Origin: Hormiphora californensis
Lineage: Eukaryota > Animalia > Ctenophora
Length of the DNA stretch: 64,000 nucleotides
Assembly: GCA_020137815.1 (NCBI GenBank)
Contig: CM035354.1
Coordinates: 8,122,001 to 8,186,000, forward strand
Direction: 5' to 3'
Shown: piece after piece, positions 23,680 to 43,879 of the stretch
How positions within the stretch are numbered: the stretch's first letter is position 1
How the letters are laid out: each line of letters opens with the position of its first letter
Made by a program: the position numbers and the translations under genes
The notes under the pieces: generated by a model
Told to the model about the DNA's origin: nothing
Databases searched by the model: none
What the model saw: only the letters and a program-made list of their open reading frames with translations

Positions 23680-24067
23680 CTTGGAGGAAGGTCTGTCGTT
23701 AGCTTTAGGGTTCTTGGTCATGTCTTCCCAGACTTCCCCAACACACACTAACAGGAGCTAAAATAGTTGAAAATCAACAACAACAGGGAAAAACAAATGA
23801 TTGGAATATTTCTGTCCACAAACAAGACCAAAATAGCCAACTGCAACAATTTCTATCCTCAATTTCTGCAACTATTCCTGAGCACTCTCTCTCTCACTCT
23901 CTCTCTCTCTCCCATATATTTGCATACAATGATTTACTTGCTTCTGAGTATCAGGCAAACTACAAAAGATCTCTGAGAGAATGTGAGTGTAAGACAAAGC
24001 CTGCTCTATTTTAGAAATGACAGAGAGGATAATAACCGAACCAAGGAAAATCGGCACTGTGAGAAGT

Positions 24068-24172
<105 letters not shown>

Positions 24173-24995
24173 TGCATAATTGGATCACCAATTTCCTCCT
24201 CCAACAACTGTCTCTCATTGACGAGCGGTCAAGCTATCGTTTATCCAACAAATACCAAATCACACACGTCACACTGACCCTCCCAACAACACTACTCACT
24301 GGTATTACACAGCATCACACTGTGAAAATACACTCCTCCTCCTTTAGCTAGCGTTATAGAAGATAATGAGCCTCTCAACACCTCCCGTGAACATCTCCCA
24401 TGTCACTTCCTGGTTATCTGAGGGAGAGAGTTAATTAAAAGGGAGCCCATTAGTGTGTTGTTGTAATGGAGGTGTGTCTGTTGTAATGGACTTGTATTGT
24501 AATCAGTTGGTCATGTTCAATCCTGGTAACGAGGTTACCCCTCCCTTGCCGGGATGAATCGCACCCTATGAAGGTTGCAATGAGGAGTTATTTCGTAGCC
24601 AAGCTCACTCCTAGTCCTGGTTCCCATATCAATTCATCTTTCTTGGTCTGCAAGGTCTGTATCTTGGAGAAAGCTTGTTTTGGGGTTAGGGCCTGTAAAC
24701 CATTCCGAACTTAACACCCTAACAAATTCAAATAACCCAGAATATCACAGATATCTGCTGCCCCTATTCCCTTCCATCTCACCCATACACAATAACCAAT
24801 TCCCGGATCGATCGATGGTAGAATATGTAAACTCGTTATCTCACATTTTGGGAAAATTTGACGCCAAATAACAACAAAACAATTAAAAGGGTGTACCCGT
24901 GTCTCACAGGTGTGTCGTGCTGGTTGTTTTATTAACAGACACAGAGTTGGTGGTGAAACAGGGGAGGGGGCTATCCAAAATAAAAACAGGACTCC

Positions 24996-24998
<3 letters not shown>

Positions 24999-25091
<93 letters not shown>
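24999..25091. repeat. (CA)n microsatellite
   Basis: Directly visible. Confidence 0.95.
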
Positions 25092-25092
<1 letters not shown>

Positions 25093-25567
25093 CGAATTAA
25101 GTTTTTTAGGCTGCAGTAGTATAGCGGACACACGCACCCAAATTCTCTCATCGTTGTAGAACCCTAATACACTGTCTTTAATATTGGTTATTTACTGTCT
25201 TTTCGAGCACTTTCCGCTTCGCCCTAATTAGTCCATACTGTAGTTTACATATTGATACACAACAATACATTGGGATTAGCCCAAGATTTAATCTTTCAAT
25301 ATCTCTCTCTCCTCTCTCTTTCTCTAGCTCTCTCTCTTTCTCTCTCTATCTCCCTCTCTTTCTCTAGCTCTCTCTCTCTCTCTTTCTCTCTCTTCAGAGA
25401 CATTACTACAGCCCTCTCTCACACACAAACAAACAAACGGACAGTCTATTAGTAAATGAAAATAAATAGAATGCTCACTCACACACACACACACTTGACC
25501 CACACTTCACCCCCTAACAGAAGGAAGCAAAGAGAGCCACACACACACACTATCCACTAATATGTGT

Positions 25568-33166
<7,599 letters not shown>

Positions 33167-34261
33167 CAGTTCAAATTTTTCTCAACTTTTAACCATGGTA
33201 CTATTGGGAATAGTTTTTTAGATACATACTCCATTAAAATTTCAATGGTTAACAAGATCCAAACTTCGAAGTTTCAGTAGGCAGTAGTCTGCTGTCTGTA
33301 GTTCACAATATTTCTTGAGTTGTAAAATGTAAAGTGATGAAATGTTAGACAATTTAAAGCTTAATTAATTACTAAGCAAGTTTGGCATCGTTATTAGGAG
33401 CAATAGCCTTCGCACTAACAGCGGAAGCTGCATTTTACCATGTGCGGACTGCTTTGTACCCTAGGCAGTAGGCACTGGCCACTAGGTACTCGATTTTAGT
33501 GCATTAAAATGAGTTTACAAAGAGCAATAATTGTGACAGCTTGTAGCCCGTAACAGGAGGCTACAGCAGCAACGATCGACGGACCGGCAGCCGCTTGCGT
33601 TTGAATTTTTTAAAGTGCGAAGACAAAAAACGACTTGATGGATTTGAATTTTGTCTTTTTTTTTAAATAATTTTTCGTTTTCACGTCGCGCGGCGTCGTT
33701 CGTTTAAGCGCGGATTATATTTGCGCGTACGAAAAAATGGCCCCAATTTTGCTTTCATTTGTATTGGGGCTGGGACTGTCAGAGTATTGGCCTGAAACTG
33801 TCAGGCTGACAGGGCTGATTAAATTAAAAAGAGACAGCTTGTTTAACCGGGTACTTTCGAAATAATTGTAAAAGTAATAATCATGGCACAAGCACGACTT
33901 CTCAAAACAGTACAAATTCAGATAAAGCTCTAGATAACGATCCTTCGAACTTCATTCCCACCTCACAGTCACAAATACGAAACATTTACAACGAAAAAAA
34001 GAAATAACAAATACTTCAGAGTTTTAAAAACGGTGATAAAACGATACTAAAACGTTGTATAACATTGAAACTGAAATGTGCGAGATTCCTCATCATTCAC
34101 CCCTCATCTTTTCCACCTGGGAAAAGAAATGCGTGTTAGAGAGGAATAAACATCAAGATTTATGGTACATAGTTTCAAAACAGGATGATTGCTATTCACC
34201 GAGGGATGGGGAGGGGCTGATGGGGCCGGGGGCTGATGGGAGAGGAGGGAGGATCTATTAT

Positions 34262-37200
34262 TTACCTTTCTTTTTTATCTTCTTCATAGTCGACAGTCGT
34301 CCAATAATATTCTCTACCTGCCCAATCTTCCTGATTTTCACTGATATTTGGTAAGGAGTCAAACCTGGGGATAAAATAGGATATTAGGAGTTGTTGAGTA
34401 ACAACAAATAAGGAGAGAGGTTGAATTGGGAAATAAACTCTCTCTGAACTCTCTTTGCTCTCACCTTGGTTGGAGTGGATGGGTGGGTTAGGTTTCGGTG
34501 TCACCTCCTTATACGTCATACCAGGCCGCTTCCCCTTCCCCAGACCCCCTCCTCCACCTCCCTTCCTCGGGTAGTTCTTCTTAACAGTCAGAGGTAGATC
34601 CATGAGCCTCCCTTGAGGTGCGTAACACGAGTACTTGTTGTATCTGGACACCGTCCCATTAGTGGGAGGTATTTGGCTGTTCATGAAGCGATCAAAACTG
34701 GGATCATTAGAAGTCCTGATCTGTTCCATCAACCTCCCATACGCATCTGATGACCTCATTGTTCTAACATTCTCTCCTATTGGGGTAATGTTGGGTACAG
34801 GCTCCACCAGAACAGGCCTCAACCTCCTTGGGTGGCTGGTGTGCCCATCTGTCTGTGTGGTGACATCCCTTGGGCTCCTGTTAGGACGGGGGTAACAGAG
34901 GAAGGGAAGGGAAGGTTCAAATGCAGGGTAGACTGTGTTATGGGCAGGGAACTGTGTCAGTATACTGCGACGTTGTGTTGCTAATCTGGCATACCCTGAC
35001 CCGTGGGACCTGGAGACCTTCCTAGCACTGAGCAGTGGTTCTACTAACACACTATCTGCAGGTGCGAGACAGTGAGAGGAGGCGTAACTGAGGGTGGTCT
35101 GACAGGCTATAGGTCGGACACTATCCTGTCTCTGGACAATGTAAGATGTAGTGGGTGCTGTCACCTCTACAGCTAGACATGTGGAAGAGTGGGGGTACTG
35201 GGTCTGGACGGTGCGATGTTCCACCGCTATCACCCTCCTACCTCCCTCCATCCAGGACGAACTGTCCAACCTTTTATCTGCCTCAAATGAGGAGGGACCA
35301 GGAGGTTGCTCAAAATAACAATCGTATATAGATTGTTGGGGTGGACTCCACCCTCCACCCTCCTCCATGTTCCAGGGTTGGAAGTTCTCAAAACTCTCGT
35401 GGGGTGTCCGCCCTGTACCCGGTACCCCTCCCCTCCACTGCCACCCCTCGTCTCCCCTCTCTGCAGACTCATTACTGTTCTCATGGTAGCTAGACATCCT
35501 CCCGTAACTTGGTTTAGGTCGGATCAGATTGGAGGAGTGAGCCAGGGGAACCTTGATTAGATCATCTAGGTTGGAGAAGAGATGCCCAGTGTGATCTATA
35601 TGGTACCCCGGTCCTGGTACCTCCCCAGCGAGGGAGGGGAATGAGGTCGAGGGTTGGAGGACATCATTGAACAACTTCTCAGTTTCATTCAGGTTGGATC
35701 TGGATGTGGTCTTGTCAGATCCAAAGGAGCACTCTCGGGACTGTTTACCATCATTCTTCAACTCAGGCTGCTGCAGAGAGATGTTACCCTCTCTCTCCCC
35801 ATCCTCCTGCTCAATAACCACTTCCTCATGTTGGACTACTGTCTCAGGTCCGGGTGGTGTTACTACAGGTTTGGGGTGTCTGGAGGGGGAGGGTGTCACG
35901 TGTCTGGGGTGTTTAGAGGGTGTCACAGCAGGTTTCACAGCAGGTTTAGTTGGTGACACTTTCTCTCCCTGGTTGTATATCTCCTGATCACTCATCGGGA
36001 AGGGAACCCTCACCACCTCCTTCTCACTGACTTCAGGCTTGGCCGGTGGTGTGGAAGATGGAGTTGTGTTAGACTTGCTCTTTTTAAACATCTCTAACAC
36101 AATGTTAAACACGTTAGCTGACGGGTCCGTGTTTCCCTGTAGTGCCAGTTTGAACAACTTGTACATCAGCTCAGTGTCCTCTAATGTCTTGATGCTAGCT
36201 GATTCTATCAACCTATCAATTGCTGACGTCACTTCAGGGTCTGACTCCTCCCCTTCAGTATCCTGACTAGTTGTGGGAGTTTCAGTTTCTGTTGCGGAGG
36301 ACCAAGTAGCTTTAGGTGGGGAAAAGGGGCAGGTTAGTTCTGCAGCTGTATCAAAATCAGTTTCCTCGGTGTCAGGGAATCTCGGAGGTGGGAAGGATTT
36401 CCTGTGGCCTGCTTGCATTCTTCTACTGTACACAAACTTGGGACGAATAGTACTTCTCATGCGAGGTTTGGGTTCGAACCTAAGGAGTGGGGAATCGTCT
36501 TGTGGCTCCTGTTTCACCCTAATATCACCCATTAGATCAGGAACATCAATATCCTCAAACTCAACAGGTTCCTCTTTGATAAGGGGTGTCACTCCTAGGT
36601 TCCTCAACTTCTTAACCCTCTTCTTGAATATCTCAATCATCTGGTCGCTGTCTATTGGCTCCTCTTTCACCTTCACCCCTCCATCAGTTGATGTTGGGTC
36701 AGGGTGTTCTGATGTCGGGTCAGGTTGTTCCAGAAGGGTGGGTGATGATGGGGCGAGAGGAGGGCTGGGTTGAGTACCTCCTGTTGACTCGAATATCTCC
36801 TGTTTTATTGAGATAGGTACCACTTTCTCATTCTTCTTTTTCTTCTTCTTCCTTCTCCTCATTGTATATGGTTCTCTGACTGCACCACTCCCTCCTCTCT
36901 CCACCTCCTCCAGATACCCATTCTCCTCTACATACCCATTCTCCACTATCTCTTCCTTTATATCATCCTCTATAATCCAAGCAAATGACTGAGAGTAAGG
37001 TTTCCCAGCCCCCAGACTGGAACACTGTCCCTCTCTCCTCTCTAACACCTCCCTCCACTTGCTCTCTTTAGCCCCACTGGGATACCGCTCCTCTAACCAC
37101 GACCTGGTGTCGTCATCCAGCCTCTCTCGCCGGATACATATCTCTATCCTCCTTCTCTTTCTACTACCCTCCCTTCGCTCATACATGGGTCGGTGAGACT

Positions 37201-37792
37201 TGGAGGGAGACCTCATTCTCACATCCCCATCTTCATCTATATCCTCTCTGGATTCTCGGTGGAGATTCTGTAGGTATGTCCGGGCCCTGTCTAACAGAAT
37301 ACTCGGGTCTTTCACATCCTCCTGGCTATAGAAATGGGGGTCGAAATGTGGTGAGTTGTACTGCCCCTCAGTGTTCCCTTCTGCGTAGTATGAGTACAGA
37401 CCGAACTGGTAGGATGACAGGTCGACGGGTTCATTGCCTGTTCGGGTACCTCTACCAGCAGCGAACCTGCCGGGAGGTGGAGGGTGTCGTGTGGGGGATG
37501 AAGGAGGACTGATTGGTTCTGGTTTTATCATCAGCACACCGGGTATAAACTCTCGACCTGAAAGCAAAGAGAAAAGTATTAGACACATAGAATTAGAATA
37601 AGACACTCCCCCTCCCCTAAATATCACACTAACATTACCTGTTGTTGACACTGTGTTATCCCCTGCTGTAGTGTCCCCCTCTGTAGAGACTGGAGGTGTA
37701 GTCTGCATAGCCACAAAACTATCTGATCGTCCCAGTGGAGGGAGGCCATCTGATCGTCCCAGTGGAGGGAGGTTATCTGGTTCATTTGCCAT
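34262..37792 (-). CDS. Large uncharacterised low-complexity, probably nuclear, protein
   Basis: 1185-codon open frame with ATG at 37792 after an acceptor and a probable intron at ~37558-37637. NLS-like RRRKKKKKK and multiple (I/V)KxE(P) motifs. No recognised domain; 3' end uncertain. Confidence 0.7.
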   Translation of the reverse strand: MANEPDNLPPLGRSDGLPPLGRSDSFVAMQTTPPVSTEGDTTAGDNTVSTTGNVSVIFRGGGVSYSNSMCLILFSLLSGREFIPGVLMIKPEPISPPSSPTRHPPPPGRFAAGRGTRTGNEPVDLSSYQFGLYSYYAEGNTEGQYNSPHFDPHFYSQEDVKDPSILLDRARTYLQNLHRESREDIDEDGDVRMRSPSKSHRPMYERREGSRKRRRIEICIRRERLDDDTRSWLEERYPSGAKESKWREVLERREGQCSSLGAGKPYSQSFAWIIEDDIKEEIVENGYVEENGYLEEVERGGSGAVREPYTMRRRKKKKKKNEKVVPISIKQEIFESTGGTQPSPPLAPSSPTLLEQPDPTSEHPDPTSTDGGVKVKEEPIDSDQMIEIFKKRVKKLRNLGVTPLIKEEPVEFEDIDVPDLMGDIRVKQEPQDDSPLLRFEPKPRMRSTIRPKFVYSRRMQAGHRKSFPPPRFPDTEETDFDTAAELTCPFSPPKATWSSATETETPTTSQDTEGEESDPEVTSAIDRLIESASIKTLEDTELMYKLFKLALQGNTDPSANVFNIVLEMFKKSKSNTTPSSTPPAKPEVSEKEVVRVPFPMSDQEIYNQGEKVSPTKPAVKPAVTPSKHPRHVTPSPSRHPKPVVTPPGPETVVQHEEVVIEQEDGEREGNISLQQPELKNDGKQSRECSFGSDKTTSRSNLNETEKLFNDVLQPSTSFPSLAGEVPGPGYHIDHTGHLFSNLDDLIKVPLAHSSNLIRPKPSYGRMSSYHENSNESAERGDEGWQWRGGVPGTGRTPHESFENFQPWNMEEGGGWSPPQQSIYDCYFEQPPGPSSFEADKRLDSSSWMEGGRRVIAVEHRTVQTQYPHSSTCLAVEVTAPTTSYIVQRQDSVRPIACQTTLSYASSHCLAPADSVLVEPLLSARKVSRSHGSGYARLATQRRSILTQFPAHNTVYPAFEPSLPFLCYPRPNRSPRDVTTQTDGHTSHPRRLRPVLVEPVPNITPIGENVRTMRSSDAYGRLMEQIRTSNDPSFDRFMNSQIPPTNGTVSRYNKYSCYAPQGRLMDLPLTVKKNYPRKGGGGGGLGKGKRPGMTYKEVTPKPNPPIHSNQGESKESSERVYFPIQPLSLFVVTQQLLISYFIPRFDSLPNISENQEDWAGREYYWTTVDYEEDKKER

Positions 37793-38045
37793 GCACCGCT
37801 TCCTGCAAGAGGGTAGCAACTAAGTTGTGTGCGCGCGGCACTTTTTAGACACCCAATAGCTGACAACAGTGATCTCGCAACATACAAAACTTATCAAAAC
37901 TAGCAATACAAAACACTTTAGATTCACTCAGATCGGGGTGCCTCACTTTAAAAAACACACTCCAGCCAGCTGGAATTAATCAGAATTCAAACAGAAAAAC
38001 ATTTAAACGAAGATAAAACATCTAAAAACTAATCTCCCATCTCTC

Positions 38046-38953
38046 TCAGTCGCTACTGCTCGCATCGGAGTCTGTGCTCTGAGGATTGCTTTCAGTCATT
38101 GGCGGGGCGGGTTGATCAGGGTTGTCTAGATATACAGGGTCTAACCCCTCCATCTGCATTTTAACATGTAGTGCAGCAGGTGGAATTCCTACTGTCACCA
38201 TCTTGAAATATTTAGCGTAGCGAGGATCCTTACTGACTGGAACAAAATCTAGGGGAGGAAGGAAGGGTTTAGATAGGAAAAATTGAGTAAACCTTGTTGG
38301 GGATTAAAGAACGCAAGTTATGTGAGTTTGATATTTTGTTTAGTACCTGGTTGTGCAGGTACCTCCTCTACTACAGTAGTCTCCCCATCCTGCTCTACAG
38401 TACTAGAGGGTGCAGGGGGTGCTGCTGGGGCAGGGGGTGCAGGTGGAGCATTAGGAGGGGGTGCAGGGGCTGCTTCTGTTGGCTGTGTTGTTTCTGGTGC
38501 TGCAGTTACCCCTTCTAGTTCAGGAATACTGGCCAATTTAGCTTCTAGTAGGAGAAGCGTTGTTTCGATCTGTCTAGACCGTCTGTCTATCTCCATCAAA
38601 CCACTCTCTGCTCTACACGCGAAATTGTTTAGTAGACCGGTCATCTGTGGAAGAGAGGGGTATTATAATAGGAGGGAGAGAGAGGTCCACATAATAATAA
38701 AATGGTCCTGAATATGGCGATACCTGGTCCTGAATATGGCGATACCTCCAGACCAAAAGGGGATAATTCACATCAATCGAATCAAAATTAACCCAAAGAA
38801 AGCAACATTGGTCCCATTAGTAGAACACTACAGTAAAACACACACCTGTATAACGAAGTGGTTAATGTAGGCTAGGGTTCGTTTCTGCTGGAGTGGCTCT
38901 AATAACTTCAGGTCCACTTTCTGGCCTATTATGGGCACTCCATCTGCGTCCAT
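38046..38953 (-). CDS. WASHC3: WASH complex subunit 3 (CCDC53), 3 exons
   Basis: MDADGVPIIG..VDL..PLQQKRTLAYINHF, IETTLLLLEAKLASIPELE and KDPRYAKYFKMVTVGIP...KMQMEGLDP. Confidence 0.93.
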
Positions 38954-39093
38954 TATATAGTGCCACTGTTATACCCCACACACACAGTAGTTAGGCGGGG
39001 AGTCTTCCTATCTACATACTTAACATGCTACAGTGGAGGGAGAGAGAGTGAAGGGGGGGGGGCTAGGGATTGAAAGCCAGGGGCCCTAGTTTT

Positions 39094-39163
39094 TACACCC
39101 CCTCACCAGTCCCCTTGCTCCCCAGGCTATAGTCTATGACAAGGGGACTGGTGAGGGGGTGTA
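39094..39163. repeat. 24-bp perfect inverted repeat between ATP5PB and WASHC3
   Basis: TACACCCCCTCACCAGTCCCCTTG ... CAAGGGGACTGGTGAGGGGGTGTA. Confidence 0.85.
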
Positions 39164-39310
39164 TCTGGATAGTTGGACACAAAATAGAGCTACTCTTCTT
39201 CAAAACTGTGACACACAATGTAGACATTTAGAAAAGACACATATCACATCACTAGTTTCTCTCTCACTCTCTCTCTTTATAAATTAGTGTCCGAAGGGGA
39301 TTTAACAGAA

Positions 39311-40575
39311 TCACTGGGAGAGCATGCCAAGTGAAGCAATACACTGGTTGATATTGGCCTCCTCTTGTTCTGGGGTAATACTGGCAATAACCTCGCTCTC
39401 CAGCCAGCCGATAATGTGGTCCCTGATAAACGCTTTCTTTGTGTTCTCCAGTTCAACCTGGGAGAGGGAGGGGAGGGGGTTACTGGGGGAGGATGAAGGA
39501 GGGGGTTAGTGAGCCCTGACTGAGATGTGAGAGTGATGGTGAAACGGGAGGGGGAGTTGGAGTGATGCTGTGAGAGTACTCTCAGAGTAGACGGGACAAC
39601 TAATGAAGAATATGATTGCATTGATGTATAGAGCAGCACAAGACAATATAATGAAACCCCCAAATACAAATGAAATATAGCTTCTGCAGAACAAACCAAC
39701 ATGACCTCTTTCTCACATGCAAACACACATGAATGGTGGGTAATAGCACTATGTACCTGGTAGTCGAGTCGTTTCTTGACCTCTACTGAGACCTGTTTAA
39801 TCCTCCTCCTGTATTCTGCCTCTACCTCCAAGTCAGCCAACTCTCTCTTGATATCGAAGATATCGGAGGAAGCAGCGAGGGAGGCAACAGCGGCCTTCTC
39901 CTCAGCGATGGCATCTGTGTAGGCCTGCATCTGGATCTGCTTACCTGGAGGAGATGTGGAATCATTGGAAAGTAGGAAAAAGAAGAACGATTTTACTAAA
40001 AATAATTAGGGAGGGTTGACTTGCTGGACCCTCTGACTGAGCCCCGGTTATAAGATAACAAGGGGAGTGGTGATGTATAACATACCTTCACTCATGGTAG
40101 CCTCGATGTTGGCGGTATATTTATCAAGAGCCTGGATAGCAATGGGGCCAATCTTGGTGGCAAGACCGTAGGTGCAACTGAACAGGAAAAATCCAGCAAG
40201 AACCTGGCAAACAGAAATTAATGATAACCTCCGAATAATTAACTTTTGACTTGGTGTAATTCCCACGATATTAGGCAAGATAACAAATAACTCTTTCTTA
40301 CATCAGCATCAAGGACGACCATTTCCTTGCTGACTGCGGTGGCAGTAAGACCAGCAGTAAGGATAGCCATTCCAGTCTGGCCCTGAGTCATACCTCCCTG
40401 TTTAGGGGCCTCAGCTACATCTGAAGGGGTGAAGAATATGTTAAACCTCACAAATGGCATCGTGTTAGATTATTGTTCAGAGATTCTTCTTACCAGAGGC
40501 AAATCGAGCAGATGCAGAGAAGATGGGGAGTTTAGAACCCTGTCGGGCGGCCAGCATACAAGTTCTGCTCAACAT
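39311..40575 (-). CDS. ATP5PB: Mitochondrial ATP synthase peripheral stalk subunit b, 5 exons
   Basis: Presequence MLSRTCMLAARQGSK, SKEMVVLDAD, DIKRELADLEVEAEYRRRI..VEVKKRLDYQ and IGWLESEVIASITPEQEEANINQCIASL. Confidence 0.9.
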
Positions 40576-40862
40576 CTTGCTAATGAAGGAACATATTATT
40601 CAGTTTGGACGAACTGATAATATTTCTATTCCATTTCAATTATTTGACCCGGTTATCACAGTTTGATCAACTATCAAGACAGCACTTTGGTAGGTTTACG
40701 GTCAAATTTTAGATCTCAGAGGTATGAATATGGTTGGGATTGGGCCCTAGGCTCTTTAATGAGCTAACAACAACTTTAAATTAGCAAAATCAGTGGTTTA
40801 GTCGCTAGAACAAGGTACTTTTAAGGCTCCTTTAAATAAACTATTAGCCGCCTATATTGTAA

Positions 40863-42056
40863 TACAGGGTGTCCCACTGTCTTTGCATCACCTGCGATTT
40901 TGGGTCATGACCGGGCTCCATTAAACTAACCAAAACTCATCGAAAAATTGGTCAAAATGGTTCTAACAAAAACCAGTCTTCTAGAGAATTGTCTGGCGAA
41001 CATTTTGGTCGCAAGATTGACTTTCCAAGTCTTACCAATCTTCAGATATCGTCGTAAAGTCAAAATTACGTGTTCATGAAATCCGACCGGGGTTCACGTT
41101 TTGAAAAATTCACAAGTGCAAAGTTGCTCGGATCACATTGCATCCCACATAAGAGTTGTAGGAAACTGTCTGGCGGTCATTTTGGTACCCGGGTTTTTGT
41201 CCTAACTCAATGTTTAGAGTGTCTTATGACTGTCTAAAGACGAAATTCAACCAGCATTTTCGAGGGGATCATGTGTCATCAACAAATGGGTAAAATGATT
41301 TGAAATTTACAAGAGCTTCATTGGAATCGTCTAAGGTTCATCTTGATACCATGGTTTTTTCCGTAGCTCTACGTTTAAGTTGCGTTATGACTGTAGGAAC
41401 ATGAAGATTTTTCTATGCTGAGTCTTAGTTGGTATCGGCTCACAACCCCTAATTAGGTGGCTCGGTGTCGTGTGTAATCCAATGATAATCAGCACATATC
41501 GTCTCAATTTCATCTAGACACTTGACAGGGTTGTTATGACGATTTGGCAAGGCCCCTGTTAATGTGTAGGATACGCAAGTGGTCTATCTCAACCCTATCA
41601 TGCACTAAGATGTTATTCAAGCAGCTATGAGCTTCATAACAGGGCAAAATGCAATGCGATACCTGAGACCACTTTTGGGAAAATTCCAGTTCTGACAGTC
41701 ATAAGACATTCTAAACATTGAGCTAGGATAAAAACCCGGGTACCAAAATGACCGCCAGACAATTTCCTACAACTCTTATGAGGGATGCAATGTGATCCGA
41801 GCAACTTTGCACTTGTGAATTTTTCAAAACGTGAACCACGGTCGGATTTCATGAACACGTAATTTTGACTTTACGACGATATATCTGACGATTGGTAAGA
41901 CTTGGAAAGTCAATCTTGCAACCAAAATGTTCGTCAGACAATTCTCTAGAAGACTGGTTTCTGTTAGAACCATTTTGACCAATTTTTCGATGAGTTTTGG
42001 TTAGTTTAATGGAGCCCGGTCATGACCCAAAATCGCAGGTGATGCAAAGACAGTAG
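40863..42056. mobile_element. Foldback non-autonomous DNA transposon with ~360-bp inverted arms
   Basis: Arm 40876-~41233 is the near-identical reverse complement of ~41693-42054. The left end TA-CAGGGTGTCCC is a Tc1/mariner-like terminus. No transposase. Confidence 0.85.
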
Positions 42057-42453
42057 TGTCCCTCATGGTACTACTGGCCACAGCATATGGCAAGAAAAGG
42101 CGAGAAATACGGGCGGATAAGCGGAACAGGGAGGCAAAGAACTCGGTGAAAAAAAGAAAGTGGGAAAATTTTGAAATTTTGAAACTTTTGTTTCTCACGA
42201 TTTGCGAGATTGTTGCGCGCGCAATTTGCACGGTTTTGTTGATAACATTCGCCGGCTACGTTTTGATTCACAAATTGCAGCGACGCGACTTGATCTTTTT
42301 ATTTATTTTGCCTTCAAAGTTTTTTGTGAACTTTTTGAAAAATGAAACCCACATTTTTGAAAAATACAAATACAAATACAATTAACGTTTATATTCCGCT
42401 TTGGGGCTAAATAAATGCTAACACTAATCAGCTGATCGGAACAGCGTCCTCCC

Positions 42454-42736
42454 AGTATTAACTAGCCTTCTAAAACGGCACCTATAGGATTTAAGATCCT
42501 TTGAAGTCTAATAAGTAACGTCGATAGTCGATATATTAGATAATGATATGAAAATAAATATAATGTATTAATAAATTATAGAAAAGTTTTAAATAAATTA
42601 TAGAAAAGTATTAACTAGCCTCCTAAAACGGACCTGTAGGATTTAAGATCCTTGAAAGTCTAATAAGTAACGTCGATAGTCGATATTAGATAATGATATG
42701 AAAATAAATATGTATTAATAAATTATAGAAAAGTAA
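42454..42736. repeat. ~150-bp tandem duplication in an AT-rich tract
   Basis: AGTATTAACTAGCC..CTAAAACGG..GGATTTAAGATCCTT..GTCGATAGTCGATAT at 42454 and 42607. Confidence 0.8.
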
Positions 42737-43879
42737 TTCTACTTGTGATATAATCAATTGATAATTAATTACTTGATTAACTGATAAGATGATTAATAAA
42801 TAAAAACTGAGGTATTAGTTAAGTTAAGTAATACGAAGTAAGAATACTATTGATTAAGTTAGAAAAGTATTAATCAAATTAATACGGAGTAGGAATATGT
42901 ATTATAACGATATATTTAAGTTGATAAGTAATAATAGAATAATAGCTAAGTAGATATAGTAACTATGACTTGAAAAAGAACTAAACCAACCTCCGAAAGG
43001 TATAATATAGCTAAGTAAGATTAAGTTGTTAATAAGTTGATACATATCAGAATAAGATTAAAAATTAAAAATGGAGAAGACCATTAAAGGTCAGTCAGGT
43101 AAGCTAATTACAGGATTAACTAAGTTAATAACTAAATGTGCCAAGTGCAAAAGTAGGCTAACGTAGAAACTAACGACTAGCCCGTCCCAAAGATGATTAA
43201 CTCTCAAAAACACACTATCCACACTCAACTGAACACATTCTCTGATCTCCACACTCAATTGAACAAAAGAGAGTTTATAAACGTTCTCCCCACCCTGGCA
43301 CATCCGGTATCGTCGCCCTGGCTCCTCAGGGGCTCACTCACTCAAAAATCCTAGAACTCTACTCTGGCCAGGAACATCAGAAACTCATAAACACACAAAA
43401 ACTCGAAAGCTACTCTTGGCATATAATAGACCCCTACTCAGCTCAGATGTAGGAGGAAAGGACTTCGATGATTAGTAATTATCATAGGATAGGAGTTGCA
43501 TGATAGGAATGGTATTCAGATAGGAATGTTGACCAATTAGGAATCATCGTTGCCTCCGGATAGCAACAGTTACGCTGCTCGAAACTTCAGACTCCCAGCC
43601 CTTACAGAGACCCAACACTTCGACCAAACACCTCGCAGAGTCCAGCAAAAGGAGCCCTCACCGAAACCTTCCAGAGGCCTCTTATACTTCGACTTCAAAC
43701 ACTACAAAGCATAACAACTTCAACTCTAAATCCAATACAACTCCATGTACCACCACTTAGCTCCACATCTGCTTCCAAACAAGCTCCAAACCCTCACCGC
43801 CTCAAACTACAGACACAACCCTACTTCATCTCCACCGACAGAAGACGACAATCTCCCCAACTCCGGAAACATAACACAA

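Noticed and set aside
34635-38711. Plus-strand ORFs antisense to the orphan gene and WASHC3
   Set aside because: These are shadow frames of real minus-strand coding sequence.
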